A DNA stretch of 36,713 nucleotides from assembly GCA_043754535.1 (NCBI GenBank), contig JAYUUN010000072.1, positions 1 through 36,713 on the forward strand, written 5' to 3'. Each line of letters starts with the position of its first letter. Position 1 is the stretch's first letter. Of this stretch, positions 26,121 to 34,039 are shown one piece after another. A program made the translations under genes and the position numbers. This DNA comes from Chloroflexota bacterium (GTDB lineage Bacteria > Chloroflexota > Chloroflexia > QHBQ01). The notes under the pieces were generated by a model. That model worked only from the letters and a program-made list of their open reading frames with translations, ran no database searches and was not told the DNA's origin.

Positions 26121-26951
26121 TTAAACTCCTACTTTCGTTTGGGGGTCAGAGACCACCGCTGTGAGGCTGTGGCGGCTAAGGAAGGAGGCAACCCGCTGGC
26201 AAACCAGGTCGCGCTCATAATCGAGGGTGATTACGTGGCTGGATTTGGTCAACCAGACTAGCTCTTTGCTGAAGGAGGCGATGCCATTGTAGATGATCTC
26301 GGCACTGGGTGGCAGCGAAACTGGGTCGAGGCGACTCTGCACGATCAGGGTTGGCACGCTGACGCGACCCAGCCGCTTGCGCGTCTCACCGATCAACCGC
26401 CAGACCTGCTCTAGCGCGCTGGTGGGGGTGCGGAGGTAGGTAAACACCTCGTCGAGCATAGATTTGTCTAGCAGGTTTACCTTCTCTGCTTTGCTGCGCG
26501 CCTTGCCGTTCCACCTCATCACGTACTTGAGTAGAGGCAGGAGGGGGGCGCGGCGGTCGGCAGTGTACATCGGGGAGGCCAGGGCGATCACTCCGGCGGG
26601 GAGTGGGAGGCTAGCAGCGACGGCGGTGGCAGCGTAGTTGAGCGATAGCACACCGCCCATGCTCAGGCCGCCAATGAAGGTAACGCGGCAACGGCTAGCG
26701 AGGTCGCTGAAGGCGCACTCCACCTCAGTGATCCACTGCCTGCGCTTGACCCTAACCATGTCTTGCGCCTCGGTGCCATGACCCGACAGCAGTGGTAGGC
26801 TAACAGTGTAGCCCTGCGTGTGCAGGTAACGAGCAAGATAGCCCAAGTCTGGGGGCGCACCAGTGAAGCCGTGGACGAGCAGGATGCCAACATCTCCGCC
26901 TGCCAGTTCGTATGCTGTTGGTCTGCTCTGTTCTTGCATCTTGGTTGCCAT
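26121..26951 (-). CDS. Carboxylesterase/monoacylglycerol lipase-like alpha/beta hydrolase
   Basis: LVHGFTG, L.GHGT, GLSMGG, DPV, SHVITLD. Start uncertain (26939, 26951 or upstream). Confidence 0.88.
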   Translation of the reverse strand: MATKMQEQSRPTAYELAGGDVGILLVHGFTGAPPDLGYLARYLHTQGYTVSLPLLSGHGTEAQDMVRVKRRQWITEVECAFSDLASRCRVTFIGGLSMGGVLSLNYAATAVAASLPLPAGVIALASPMYTADRRAPLLPLLKYVMRWNGKARSKAEKVNLLDKSMLDEVFTYLRTPTSALEQVWRLIGETRKRLGRVSVPTLIVQSRLDPVSLPPSAEIIYNGIASFSKELVWLTKSSHVITLDYERDLVCQRVASFLSRHSLTAVVSDPQTKVGV

Positions 26952-27303
26952 GAGGTGAAGGGGTGAGGGTTGTTGTTGTGCTGAGGTTTTACTTGCTAGC
27001 ATCATTTGCGCTGCTATGTAGGCTATACTGGTCAACCTGTTTCGTCTCAGGACTCCAGTATTGGAGAAAGCAACCTTTAATGCTGTGTCCAGTTTCAGGG
27101 AAGCTACGGCTGGTGCCTTGTGCCTGGGCTTGCAGGCTAAGAGTACCTGCAATGACACGGGTAAGCACCGATGCGGCAGTGGCTAGCTTCTTACCACTCT
27201 ATGCTCCTTGCTCTGTATGGCACCCTGGTCGGTTAGCCGGAGAGCCGTTGATAGGAACAGTATAGCACATTTCCAGCCTGCAAGTGCAGCCGCCTACGCC
27301 TCA

Positions 27304-28017
27304 CTATCCACTGCCGGGAGCGATCCAGTCTACGGTGTAGGTGTGAGTGTCGCCCTCGCTCGCTTCGCCGACACCGACGAAGCGGTGTTCGGAGCGCAGG
27401 ATCACGTCGCGGTGAAGCTGGTCAGCCAGCCACCAGGTCACGGCCTGGCTCACGCTGTCGGCACCCGACCCACGAGCAATGATCTCGCCAGCGTAGCTGT
27501 AGGCGATCCCCTGCGCGCTCAGCATCGGGCGGATGCTGTCGCCGTCGGGGGTGACATGGCCGAAGTAGTGGCGGGCTACCATATCTGCGCTGCGGCTGCG
27601 GGCGAGGGCTTGCAGGCGCGGCTCAATGCTGACTGGTAGCAGGCCCGCTGCCAGGCGGGCAGCATTTAGTTGCTCAAACATCTGCTGCTCCAACGGGTTG
27701 AGTTGGACAGTAAGCTGCTTGGCGGGCAAGGCAGTGGCAGTGACGGGCAGGCCGGGTAGGGTCGTTGTCGGTGCAACCACCAGCGGCGGAAACTCGTGGC
27801 TAGTGATCGGCACTGGCGTGTAGAGGATCACTTCGCTGCTGGCTGTCGGCTGGCTGGCGGGGATGACCGTCGCGGGCAACAGCGTGGAGGAAAATGGGGG
27901 CGGGTTGGTAGGACTTGAGGGCGCAGGGGTGGGAGCAGTAGTCGCGGGGTCGCCACCACAACCGACGAGCAGCAGGCAGAGGATGAACACTATGCTTTGG
28001 CGCGGCAGCTTAGGCAT
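27304..28017 (-). CDS. CAP (SCP) domain lipoprotein
   Basis: Lipobox LLVGC, P/T linker, LNAAR...GL, SADM..RHYFGH, AGEIIA, WW....HR..IL, VGVG. Confidence 0.85.
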   Translation of the reverse strand: MPKLPRQSIVFILCLLLVGCGGDPATTAPTPAPSSPTNPPPFSSTLLPATVIPASQPTASSEVILYTPVPITSHEFPPLVVAPTTTLPGLPVTATALPAKQLTVQLNPLEQQMFEQLNAARLAAGLLPVSIEPRLQALARSRSADMVARHYFGHVTPDGDSIRPMLSAQGIAYSYAGEIIARGSGADSVSQAVTWWLADQLHRDVILRSEHRFVGVGEASEGDTHTYTVDWIAPGSG

Positions 28018-28071
28018 GACCTGCTGCTAAACAAGAAGCGGGCCAGCAAGCCACTAGCCTGGGCATGATGA

Positions 28072-28093
28072 AGGGGCGGCTTGCGCCACCCCC
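28072..28093 (-). terminator. Hairpin downstream of the tRNA
   Basis: GGGGGTGGC-GCAA-GCCGCCCCT; weak U-tract. Confidence 0.45.
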
Positions 28094-28114
28094 ATACTGT
28101 GCTGCTAATTATCA

Positions 28115-28191
28115 TGGTCGGGGTGAGAGGATTTGAACCTCCGACCACCTGAACCCCATTCAGGTGCGCTACCGGGCTGCGCTACACCCCG
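28115..28191 (-). tRNA. tRNA-Pro (anticodon GGG)
   Basis: CGGGGTG TAGCGCAGCCCGGTAGCGC A CCTGA ATGGGGT TCAGG TGGTC GGAGGTTCAAATCCTCT CACCCCG ACCA; 77 nt, encoded CCA. Confidence 0.97.
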
Positions 28192-28210
28192 TCTCTTGTG
28201 CTGCCCACAT

Positions 28211-28239
28211 ATTATAGCACATCAAGCGCAGTTTGGCAA
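28211..28239 (-). promoter_or_regulatory. sigma70 promoter of tRNA-Pro
   Basis: TTGCCA-N17-TATAAT with extended TG. Confidence 0.8.
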
Positions 28240-28372
28240 GCGGGCGGCAGGCTGCGGGTTAAGGGCAGCGAATAAGCGATTGCTAGTGGCTACTACACAC
28301 ACGGCGGTTAGCATGAGCCTCAACCAGGCGTTGGCTGGTCCTGGGGCAAGGTAGCAGCAGAACAAGGAGCAA

Positions 28373-28897
28373 TTAGTCCATGAAGTAGAAGGTGCCAATC
28401 TTCGAGCGGTTGACTACCACCAGGTTTACTGAGCGCGGTTGTACGTTTGGCTGGGCCAGCATATAGAAGTTGCAATTGGTGAAGGGGATGAAGTCTTCCT
28501 GCATCAACTCAAACATATCGAGAACCTCTTGCTCAGCCCGCATATGAAAGTATCCGAGAATGGCATAAGGGCCGAAGGAGCAGAAGGCCGGGCGCGGGTT
28601 CTTCTTTACCCTGTACTCTGCTGCGCTGAAGCTGGAGGGCGGTTTGCTCTCCTCCACCATCAGGCCGCAGATCACCGAAAGGCGCGGCACAATCACCGTG
28701 TGCTGACCCTTTTGCGACGCGAAGGGCTGCTCTACCGCCTGCACCGTCCCCTCGCGCAGCGTAAAGAAGGAGCGGTCGCGTTGGTTGAGCATATCGGTGA
28801 AGCGACGGTAGGGCATCACGTCGATCAAGCCCCGTGCGGCCACGTGTTCAAAGTACAGGTCACTCAGGTGGGTACCCCTCAACTCGTTCTGCTGCAT
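28373..28897 (-). CDS. Hypothetical protein with two internal repeats (DUF6812-like, tentative)
   Basis: GGAGGAG SD before ATG 28897. Two similar halves (RGLIDV...TDMLN...FFTL / LGYFHM...LDMFE...FIPF). Confidence 0.7.
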   Translation of the reverse strand: MQQNELRGTHLSDLYFEHVAARGLIDVMPYRRFTDMLNQRDRSFFTLREGTVQAVEQPFASQKGQHTVIVPRLSVICGLMVEESKPPSSFSAAEYRVKKNPRPAFCSFGPYAILGYFHMRAEQEVLDMFELMQEDFIPFTNCNFYMLAQPNVQPRSVNLVVVNRSKIGTFYFMD

Positions 28898-28928
28898 CGG
28901 CTGCTCCTCCCCTGCTGGTGTCGCGGCT

Positions 28929-28988
28929 AGTATAGAGGAAGCAGTTGAGGCTGTCAACCTTGCAGCACAGGCGGGCAGGTGGTAGAAT
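28929..28988. promoter_or_regulatory. Back-to-back divergent sigma70 promoters
   Basis: Minus strand: TTGACA(28952-57)-N17-TATACT(28929-34). Plus strand: TTGCAG(28960-65)-N17-TAGAAT(28983-88). Confidence 0.7.
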
Positions 28989-29055
28989 ACTAGAGACAAC
29001 TTGCCAGCCAACACGCAGGCAGGCAACGATAACGCATGGCGAAGGTGGGCAACGG

Positions 29056-29859
29056 ATGATCCAAACCACAGGTTTGAGCAAGCAGTTTGGCGAGTTCCAG
29101 GCGGTAGACAATGTTAATTTGCAGATTGGTAATGGCGAACTGTTCGCCTTCCTTGGCCCAAACGGGGCGGGCAAGACGACGACGATCAAGATGATGGTCG
29201 GCTTGCTGCGGCCCACTACAGGACAGGTGATCATTGACGGCTTTGATATGCAGCAGCAGTCGCTTGAGGCGAAGGCGCGCATTGGCTACGTGCCAGACGA
29301 AGCCTACCTCTACGACAAGCTGACCGCCCGCGAGTTCCTGCGCTTCATTGCTCGCCTCTACCGGGTTGAGCCAAAGACGGCGGAGGAGCGCGCCGAGGCT
29401 CTACTCGATTACTTCGACCTGGCCGAGAAGGGTGACGAACTGGTGCAGGGCTACTCGCACGGCATGAAGCAGAAGGTGTCGCTGGCCGGGGCGTTGCTGC
29501 ACGACCCCGCCGTGATCTTCCTTGACGAGCCAACGGTCGGCCTGGACCCCAAGAGTGCGCGGCAGATGAAGGACACCCTGCGCTCGCTCTGCGCGAAGGG
29601 CGTGACCGTCTTCCTCACCACCCACATCTTGGAGATTGCCGAGCAACTGGCAACCCGCGTCGGCATCATCAACCAGGGCAAGCTGATCGCCGTCGGCACG
29701 ATGAACGAGCTACGCACCCTTGACCAAAACCGCGACGACAGTTTGGAGGACATCTTCCTGCGCCTGACCGATGAGGCAGAGGCCGAGAGCAGCGAATATG
29801 CCGCCCGCCAGCCAGTAGCTGCACCAGTCAAGCGCGGGCTGTTTGGGCGGGGCCGCTGA
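29056..29859 (+). CDS. ABC transporter ATP-binding protein
   Basis: GPNGAGKT, YSHGMKQK, IFLDEPTVGLDP, TTH. Confidence 0.93.
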   Translation: MIQTTGLSKQFGEFQAVDNVNLQIGNGELFAFLGPNGAGKTTTIKMMVGLLRPTTGQVIIDGFDMQQQSLEAKARIGYVPDEAYLYDKLTAREFLRFIARLYRVEPKTAEERAEALLDYFDLAEKGDELVQGYSHGMKQKVSLAGALLHDPAVIFLDEPTVGLDPKSARQMKDTLRSLCAKGVTVFLTTHILEIAEQLATRVGIINQGKLIAVGTMNELRTLDQNRDDSLEDIFLRLTDEAEAESSEYAARQPVAAPVKRGLFGRGR

Positions 29860-31688
29860 TGGTCGTCAAGTACATCGGCATCCTGGTCAACGCCCGCTGG
29901 CACGCTATGCTGGGTGGCTACCGAGCAGCCTCGCCAGGACGCAAGGCTAGCACAGTAATCCTCGGTATCCTCTTTGCTGTGCTGATCATCTTCAACTTCT
30001 TCTTTGCCTTCACGGTCGCCAACATCCCCTCGCTGCTAGGTTCCGCCGACTTCAGCCCTAGCACCTTGACCAGCAGTGCCAACATCAGCGACCTGAGCCA
30101 ACTGGTCAACCGCATCCTCGCCCTGATATTGCTGCTTGCCTTCACTGTGCTGCTATTTAGCGGCTTCAGCACTGCGCTGTCCAGCCTCTATCTTTCTAAC
30201 GACATGGATATGTTGCTGAGCGCGCCCGTGCCAATGCGCGCCGTGTTCGTGGTCAAGCTCAGTCTCGGCCTCGGTATTGCCTACATCTTGCTGCTCGGTT
30301 TTGGCCTGCCCTACATCCTGGGCATGGGTATCGGCCTGGGCTACAACGTGGTCTATTACCCGGTTGCCATCCTCGGCCTGCTGATCCTACCGCTGATCCC
30401 CACCGGTTTGAGCGCGATTGGCGTAATCTGGCTGGTTCGCATCCTCCCGCCTGGGCGCATCCGCGACATCCTGGCGGTGGTCGGTGCGCTGTTCAGCGTG
30501 CTATTCTACCTGCTCAGCCAGTTGCCAGGGCTGCTGGCAAACAACAGCAACCGCGGTGCCTTGAGTGGCACTGGACAGACGATCAGCCGCTTCGCCCTCA
30601 GCGACACCCCCTGGCTGCCTAGTACCTGGGCGGCGCGGGCGATGGAGGCGGCTGGCAAGGGCGATTGGAGGGGGCTGGCCGCCTGGGGCATCCTCTACTT
30701 CGGCCTATCGCTACTGGTCTTCATCGGCTGCCTGGAGATCGCCGAGCGCGCTTACTATGGTGGCTGGGCCAACATCGCTAGCGTAGGTGGGCGCAACCGC
30801 CGCAGCCTCGAACGTGAGCGCACCGCCCGCAAACTGGCCCACCCCGACCAGCCGCAGAACGGTTCGCCCAGCGAGCGGCTGGTGGCCGTAGTCACCGCTG
30901 CCCCCAAGCAGGAACGAGCAGGCGGCTTGCTCAGTGGCGGCACCCAGGCAGTGGTGGACAAGGACTTTACAGCCCTGCGCCGTGACCCAACCGGCTTCAG
31001 CCAGCTACTGTGGCCGATAGCAGTGGCAGTCGTGCTGCTACTCAACCTGACTAGCTTCGGGTCGCGCAGCGGCAGCAGCGGGGCTGACTTCGGCCAGTTC
31101 AGCCAGTTCACCCGCCGGGCCGCGGACCTCAGCTTTATCTGGCCGGTGGCGATCACCGTCTTCGCTAGCGCAGCAATCTGTGCCTACTTCGGCCTGGCTG
31201 CGATCAGCCGCGAACGGCGTAGCATCTGGATGCTCAAGATGGCCCCGGTAAGCTGGTGGGAGGTGCTGGGCGGTAAGTTCATCATCGCCTACGTGCCACT
31301 GGCTGCCTTCGGGCTGCTGATCAGCGTGGTCTATGGCCTACTGACTGGGCTGACCCCCGCGTTGATCGCCGCCTCAGTTGCCCTTTCGCTCTTTACCAAC
31401 CTGGGAGTGACAGGGGTCTGCATAGGGCTAGGCGGGATGTTGCCCAACTTTACGGCGGACAACCCGCAGCGGCAGACCAGCACTGCCGCCGGTTGCCTGT
31501 TCTTCCCCATTCTGATCCTCTACATCCTACTGACAGTGGGCAGCGTGGCGGGCGGCGTGCTACTGGGCAACGGTAGCTTTGGCCTGCCACTGATCCTCGG
31601 CCTGCTGCTAAGTGTGGTGATCACTGGTCTGGCCGCCTGGCTGCCCCTCAAGATGGCCGTTGACAGCCTCGAACGGCTGGAACTATAA
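29859..31688 (+). CDS. Putative ABC exporter permease (large, ~13 TM)
   Basis: TGATG coupling to the ATPase. LYLSNDMDMLLSAP...VF..KL, KD...LRRDP, SRE...WMLK.AP...GKF motifs. Confidence 0.82.
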   Translation: MVVKYIGILVNARWHAMLGGYRAASPGRKASTVILGILFAVLIIFNFFFAFTVANIPSLLGSADFSPSTLTSSANISDLSQLVNRILALILLLAFTVLLFSGFSTALSSLYLSNDMDMLLSAPVPMRAVFVVKLSLGLGIAYILLLGFGLPYILGMGIGLGYNVVYYPVAILGLLILPLIPTGLSAIGVIWLVRILPPGRIRDILAVVGALFSVLFYLLSQLPGLLANNSNRGALSGTGQTISRFALSDTPWLPSTWAARAMEAAGKGDWRGLAAWGILYFGLSLLVFIGCLEIAERAYYGGWANIASVGGRNRRSLERERTARKLAHPDQPQNGSPSERLVAVVTAAPKQERAGGLLSGGTQAVVDKDFTALRRDPTGFSQLLWPIAVAVVLLLNLTSFGSRSGSSGADFGQFSQFTRRAADLSFIWPVAITVFASAAICAYFGLAAISRERRSIWMLKMAPVSWWEVLGGKFIIAYVPLAAFGLLISVVYGLLTGLTPALIAASVALSLFTNLGVTGVCIGLGGMLPNFTADNPQRQTSTAAGCLFFPILILYILLTVGSVAGGVLLGNGSFGLPLILGLLLSVVITGLAAWLPLKMAVDSLERLEL

Positions 31689-31736
31689 GCATAATCAGAG
31701 GGATTAAGGTTCGGGCTTGTTGCAGACAGTAGAGGA

Positions 31737-33530
31737 GTGGCAGTAATGGGTGGACTCTTGACGGTGCTAGGGGTGCAGTGGACAGGTATTCGCAGCACCC
31801 TGCGGCGGTCAAACAGGGGTCAGCGGGTGAAGTATGCGCTGATCGCCCTCGGCGCACTACTGTTTGCCAGCAGCAACTTCCTGATCGTCCTCGCGCTGGT
31901 CAATCTACCGCGCTTGATCGACTACCTGAGCAAGGTAGGGGTGCGGTTGCCCAGCGAAGTAACCTCGACCAACCTGTTCGGGCTGGGCAGCCAGTTGCTC
32001 AGCTTCTTCTTCATTGGCGCGCTAATCTTCCTGCTGATCGATAGCATCAGCACGTCGCTACCCAATATCTACCAGGCCCGCGACCTGCCGCTGCTGCTCA
32101 GTAGCCCGCTCAGCGTGCAGCACGTCTTCTTCGCCAAGCTGACCGCTGGACTGGGCCGCCCCTACCTGCTCCTGACCATCCTCGGCCTACCCTACCTACT
32201 GGCAATCGGCATCGGCTTCAATGCTAGCTGGCCCTACTATCCGCTGGCAGTGGCCGCCCTGCTGCTGCTACCGCTACTAACCAGCGGCATTGGCATACTG
32301 ATCACCGCAGTGCTAGTGCGCTGGCTGCCCGCCCGCCGCATCAGCGAAGCCCTGGCGATCATCGGTGGGCTGATCGGGATTGGCATCGCCGGGGTGATCG
32401 TGATCACGAGCGTGACTGCTTCGCGGGGGGGCAACGTGCAGCAGGAAGCAACCAGGCTGATCACCTCAGTTGAGTTGACCGAGGCAGGGCCGTTGCCCAC
32501 TGGCTGGATTGCCTATGCGCTACGTTCGGCAGGGCGCGGCAACCTGGGTGAGGGGCTGCTGTGGGGAGGGTTGTTCGCCGCCTTCGCTATCTTCTGCTAT
32601 GTGGGTGGCACCCTGATCTCAGCCAACCTGTTCTATGATGGCTGGGTCAATCTGGGTGTGGGTAGTGGGGCCAGCCGGGCCGAGTTGCGTCGCCGAAGCG
32701 AGGGCCGCCGCCACTACAATGCTAGCGAGATACTTGAGCAGGTCTACGGTGAGCAGGTGCAGGTGACACACAAGCGATCAGCGATTCAACAGTCGGCACG
32801 GGTGGGGGCGGCGGTGTCAACCTGGCGCAGCGTGCTGCGTAAGGATTTGCGCGTCCTCTCCCGTGAGCCAGCCTACATCATCCAACTACTTGGCCCTGGC
32901 CTCGTCACCATGCTCTTTATCTTGCAGGCCAGACAGTCGGCTAACCTCAACTCGGCCTCACCCAGCACCGCTGGAGCCGCCTTCTTCACCGTCTGCCTCT
33001 GGGTGCTGTTCATCAGCAGCTTCGCTAGCGGATTGCTAGGCCTAAGTGCCTTCACCCGCGAACAGAAGGCGATCTGGATGCTCAAGCTGTCGCCGCTCGG
33101 CTTCACCCGCCTGGTACTAGCCAAGTTCCTGCTCACCTACCTGATCCTGGCCGCTTTCGGCACTAGCTTCAGCCTCCTATACAGCATCCTGGTTGGGGCC
33201 AAGTGGTGGCAACTGCTGGCCTTCATCGGCGTGGTGGTGGTCGGTGGGCTAGGTGCGGCCAGCCTGTGCGTGGGCATTGGCACCAGCTTCGGCACGCTCA
33301 ACTCGCTCTCACCGCAAAGCATCAACGTGCTGACCGCGATTGGTTCGCTGATCGGCCTGCTCCTCTACCAGGTCTTCCTCTTTGCCGCCGTAGTCATCAG
33401 TGGCACCCTGCTCATGCAGGGAGTGGCTATCGGATTGCTGGGCCTTGTTCCTACCATTCTCTACATCGCTGGTGCTACCGTGCTGCCTCTCTACATCGCT
33501 CGCCGCCGCCTGGAACGACTGGACATCTGA
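31737..33530 (+). CDS. Putative ABC exporter permease, paralogue of 29859..31688
   Basis: IYQARDLPLLLSSP...VFFAKL, KDLRVLSREP, TRE...WMLKLSP...AKF; ends LERLDI. Start 31737 or 31746. Confidence 0.82.
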   Translation: MAVMGGLLTVLGVQWTGIRSTLRRSNRGQRVKYALIALGALLFASSNFLIVLALVNLPRLIDYLSKVGVRLPSEVTSTNLFGLGSQLLSFFFIGALIFLLIDSISTSLPNIYQARDLPLLLSSPLSVQHVFFAKLTAGLGRPYLLLTILGLPYLLAIGIGFNASWPYYPLAVAALLLLPLLTSGIGILITAVLVRWLPARRISEALAIIGGLIGIGIAGVIVITSVTASRGGNVQQEATRLITSVELTEAGPLPTGWIAYALRSAGRGNLGEGLLWGGLFAAFAIFCYVGGTLISANLFYDGWVNLGVGSGASRAELRRRSEGRRHYNASEILEQVYGEQVQVTHKRSAIQQSARVGAAVSTWRSVLRKDLRVLSREPAYIIQLLGPGLVTMLFILQARQSANLNSASPSTAGAAFFTVCLWVLFISSFASGLLGLSAFTREQKAIWMLKLSPLGFTRLVLAKFLLTYLILAAFGTSFSLLYSILVGAKWWQLLAFIGVVVVGGLGAASLCVGIGTSFGTLNSLSPQSINVLTAIGSLIGLLLYQVFLFAAVVISGTLLMQGVAIGLLGLVPTILYIAGATVLPLYIARRRLERLDI

Positions 33531-33562
33531 GGACTGCGGGCAAGGCAGCCAACCTCCGCAGC

Positions 33563-33591
33563 TTGCAACCAGGGGTAGGATAGGGTATAAT
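33563..33591 (+). promoter_or_regulatory. sigma70 promoter of SRP RNA
   Basis: TTGCAA-N17-TATAAT. Confidence 0.75.
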
Positions 33592-33597
33592 AGGCAA

Positions 33598-33741
33598 GCA
33601 CGCAACACGCCCTGCCTGCTTCGGCCAGGTCTTACGCGGCGGGATGCCGCGAACCTCGTCAGGGTCGAGAGGCAGCAGCGATAAGTGGCTAACCGGGTGC
33701 CGTAAGGCTACCTGACCGGGGCAGATAGGGTGAATGTGTGT
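33598..33741 (+). ncRNA. ffs: Signal recognition particle RNA (small bacterial type)
   Basis: Helix-8 signature GAACC..GTCAGG-GTC-GAGA-GGC-AGCAGC.ATAAG at the apex of a long self-complementary rod. Has its own promoter and terminator; ends approximate. Confidence 0.88.
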
Positions 33742-33770
33742 AGGGCAAGGCTAACCACCTTGCCCTTTTT
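33742..33770 (+). terminator. Intrinsic terminator of ffs
   Basis: AGGGCAAGG-N7-CCTTGCCCT followed by TTTT. Confidence 0.88.
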
Positions 33771-33815
33771 GTTGTATTACAAAGTAGGCCCAACCCTGAC
33801 AACAAGGCACAGCTG

Positions 33816-33844
33816 TTGACGCTATGGCTGCCAAGTGCTAAACT
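33816..33844 (+). promoter_or_regulatory. sigma70 promoter of the subtilase gene
   Basis: TTGACG-N17-TAAACT with extended TG. Confidence 0.65.
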
Positions 33845-34039
33845 AGGACAAATCCTTTCGGACATACGTGTAAGTTGGCTGGCGCAGCCAACCTGGTTCT
33901 GCCCCAAACAGGTGGACTTGGAGGTGAAACGCTGATCCAGGATGGCAACCTGATGCTTGACAACCCCGCGACTGGAAACCGCGTGGGTAAGGTGATAGAA
34001 GATAGAGCAGAGCGGCCTAACCGCTCAGGAAAGGTAGTT

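Noticed and set aside
28020..28191. Genomic island integrated at tRNA-Pro
   Set aside because: No integrase, no duplicated tRNA 3' end noticed, and no evident compositional shift.
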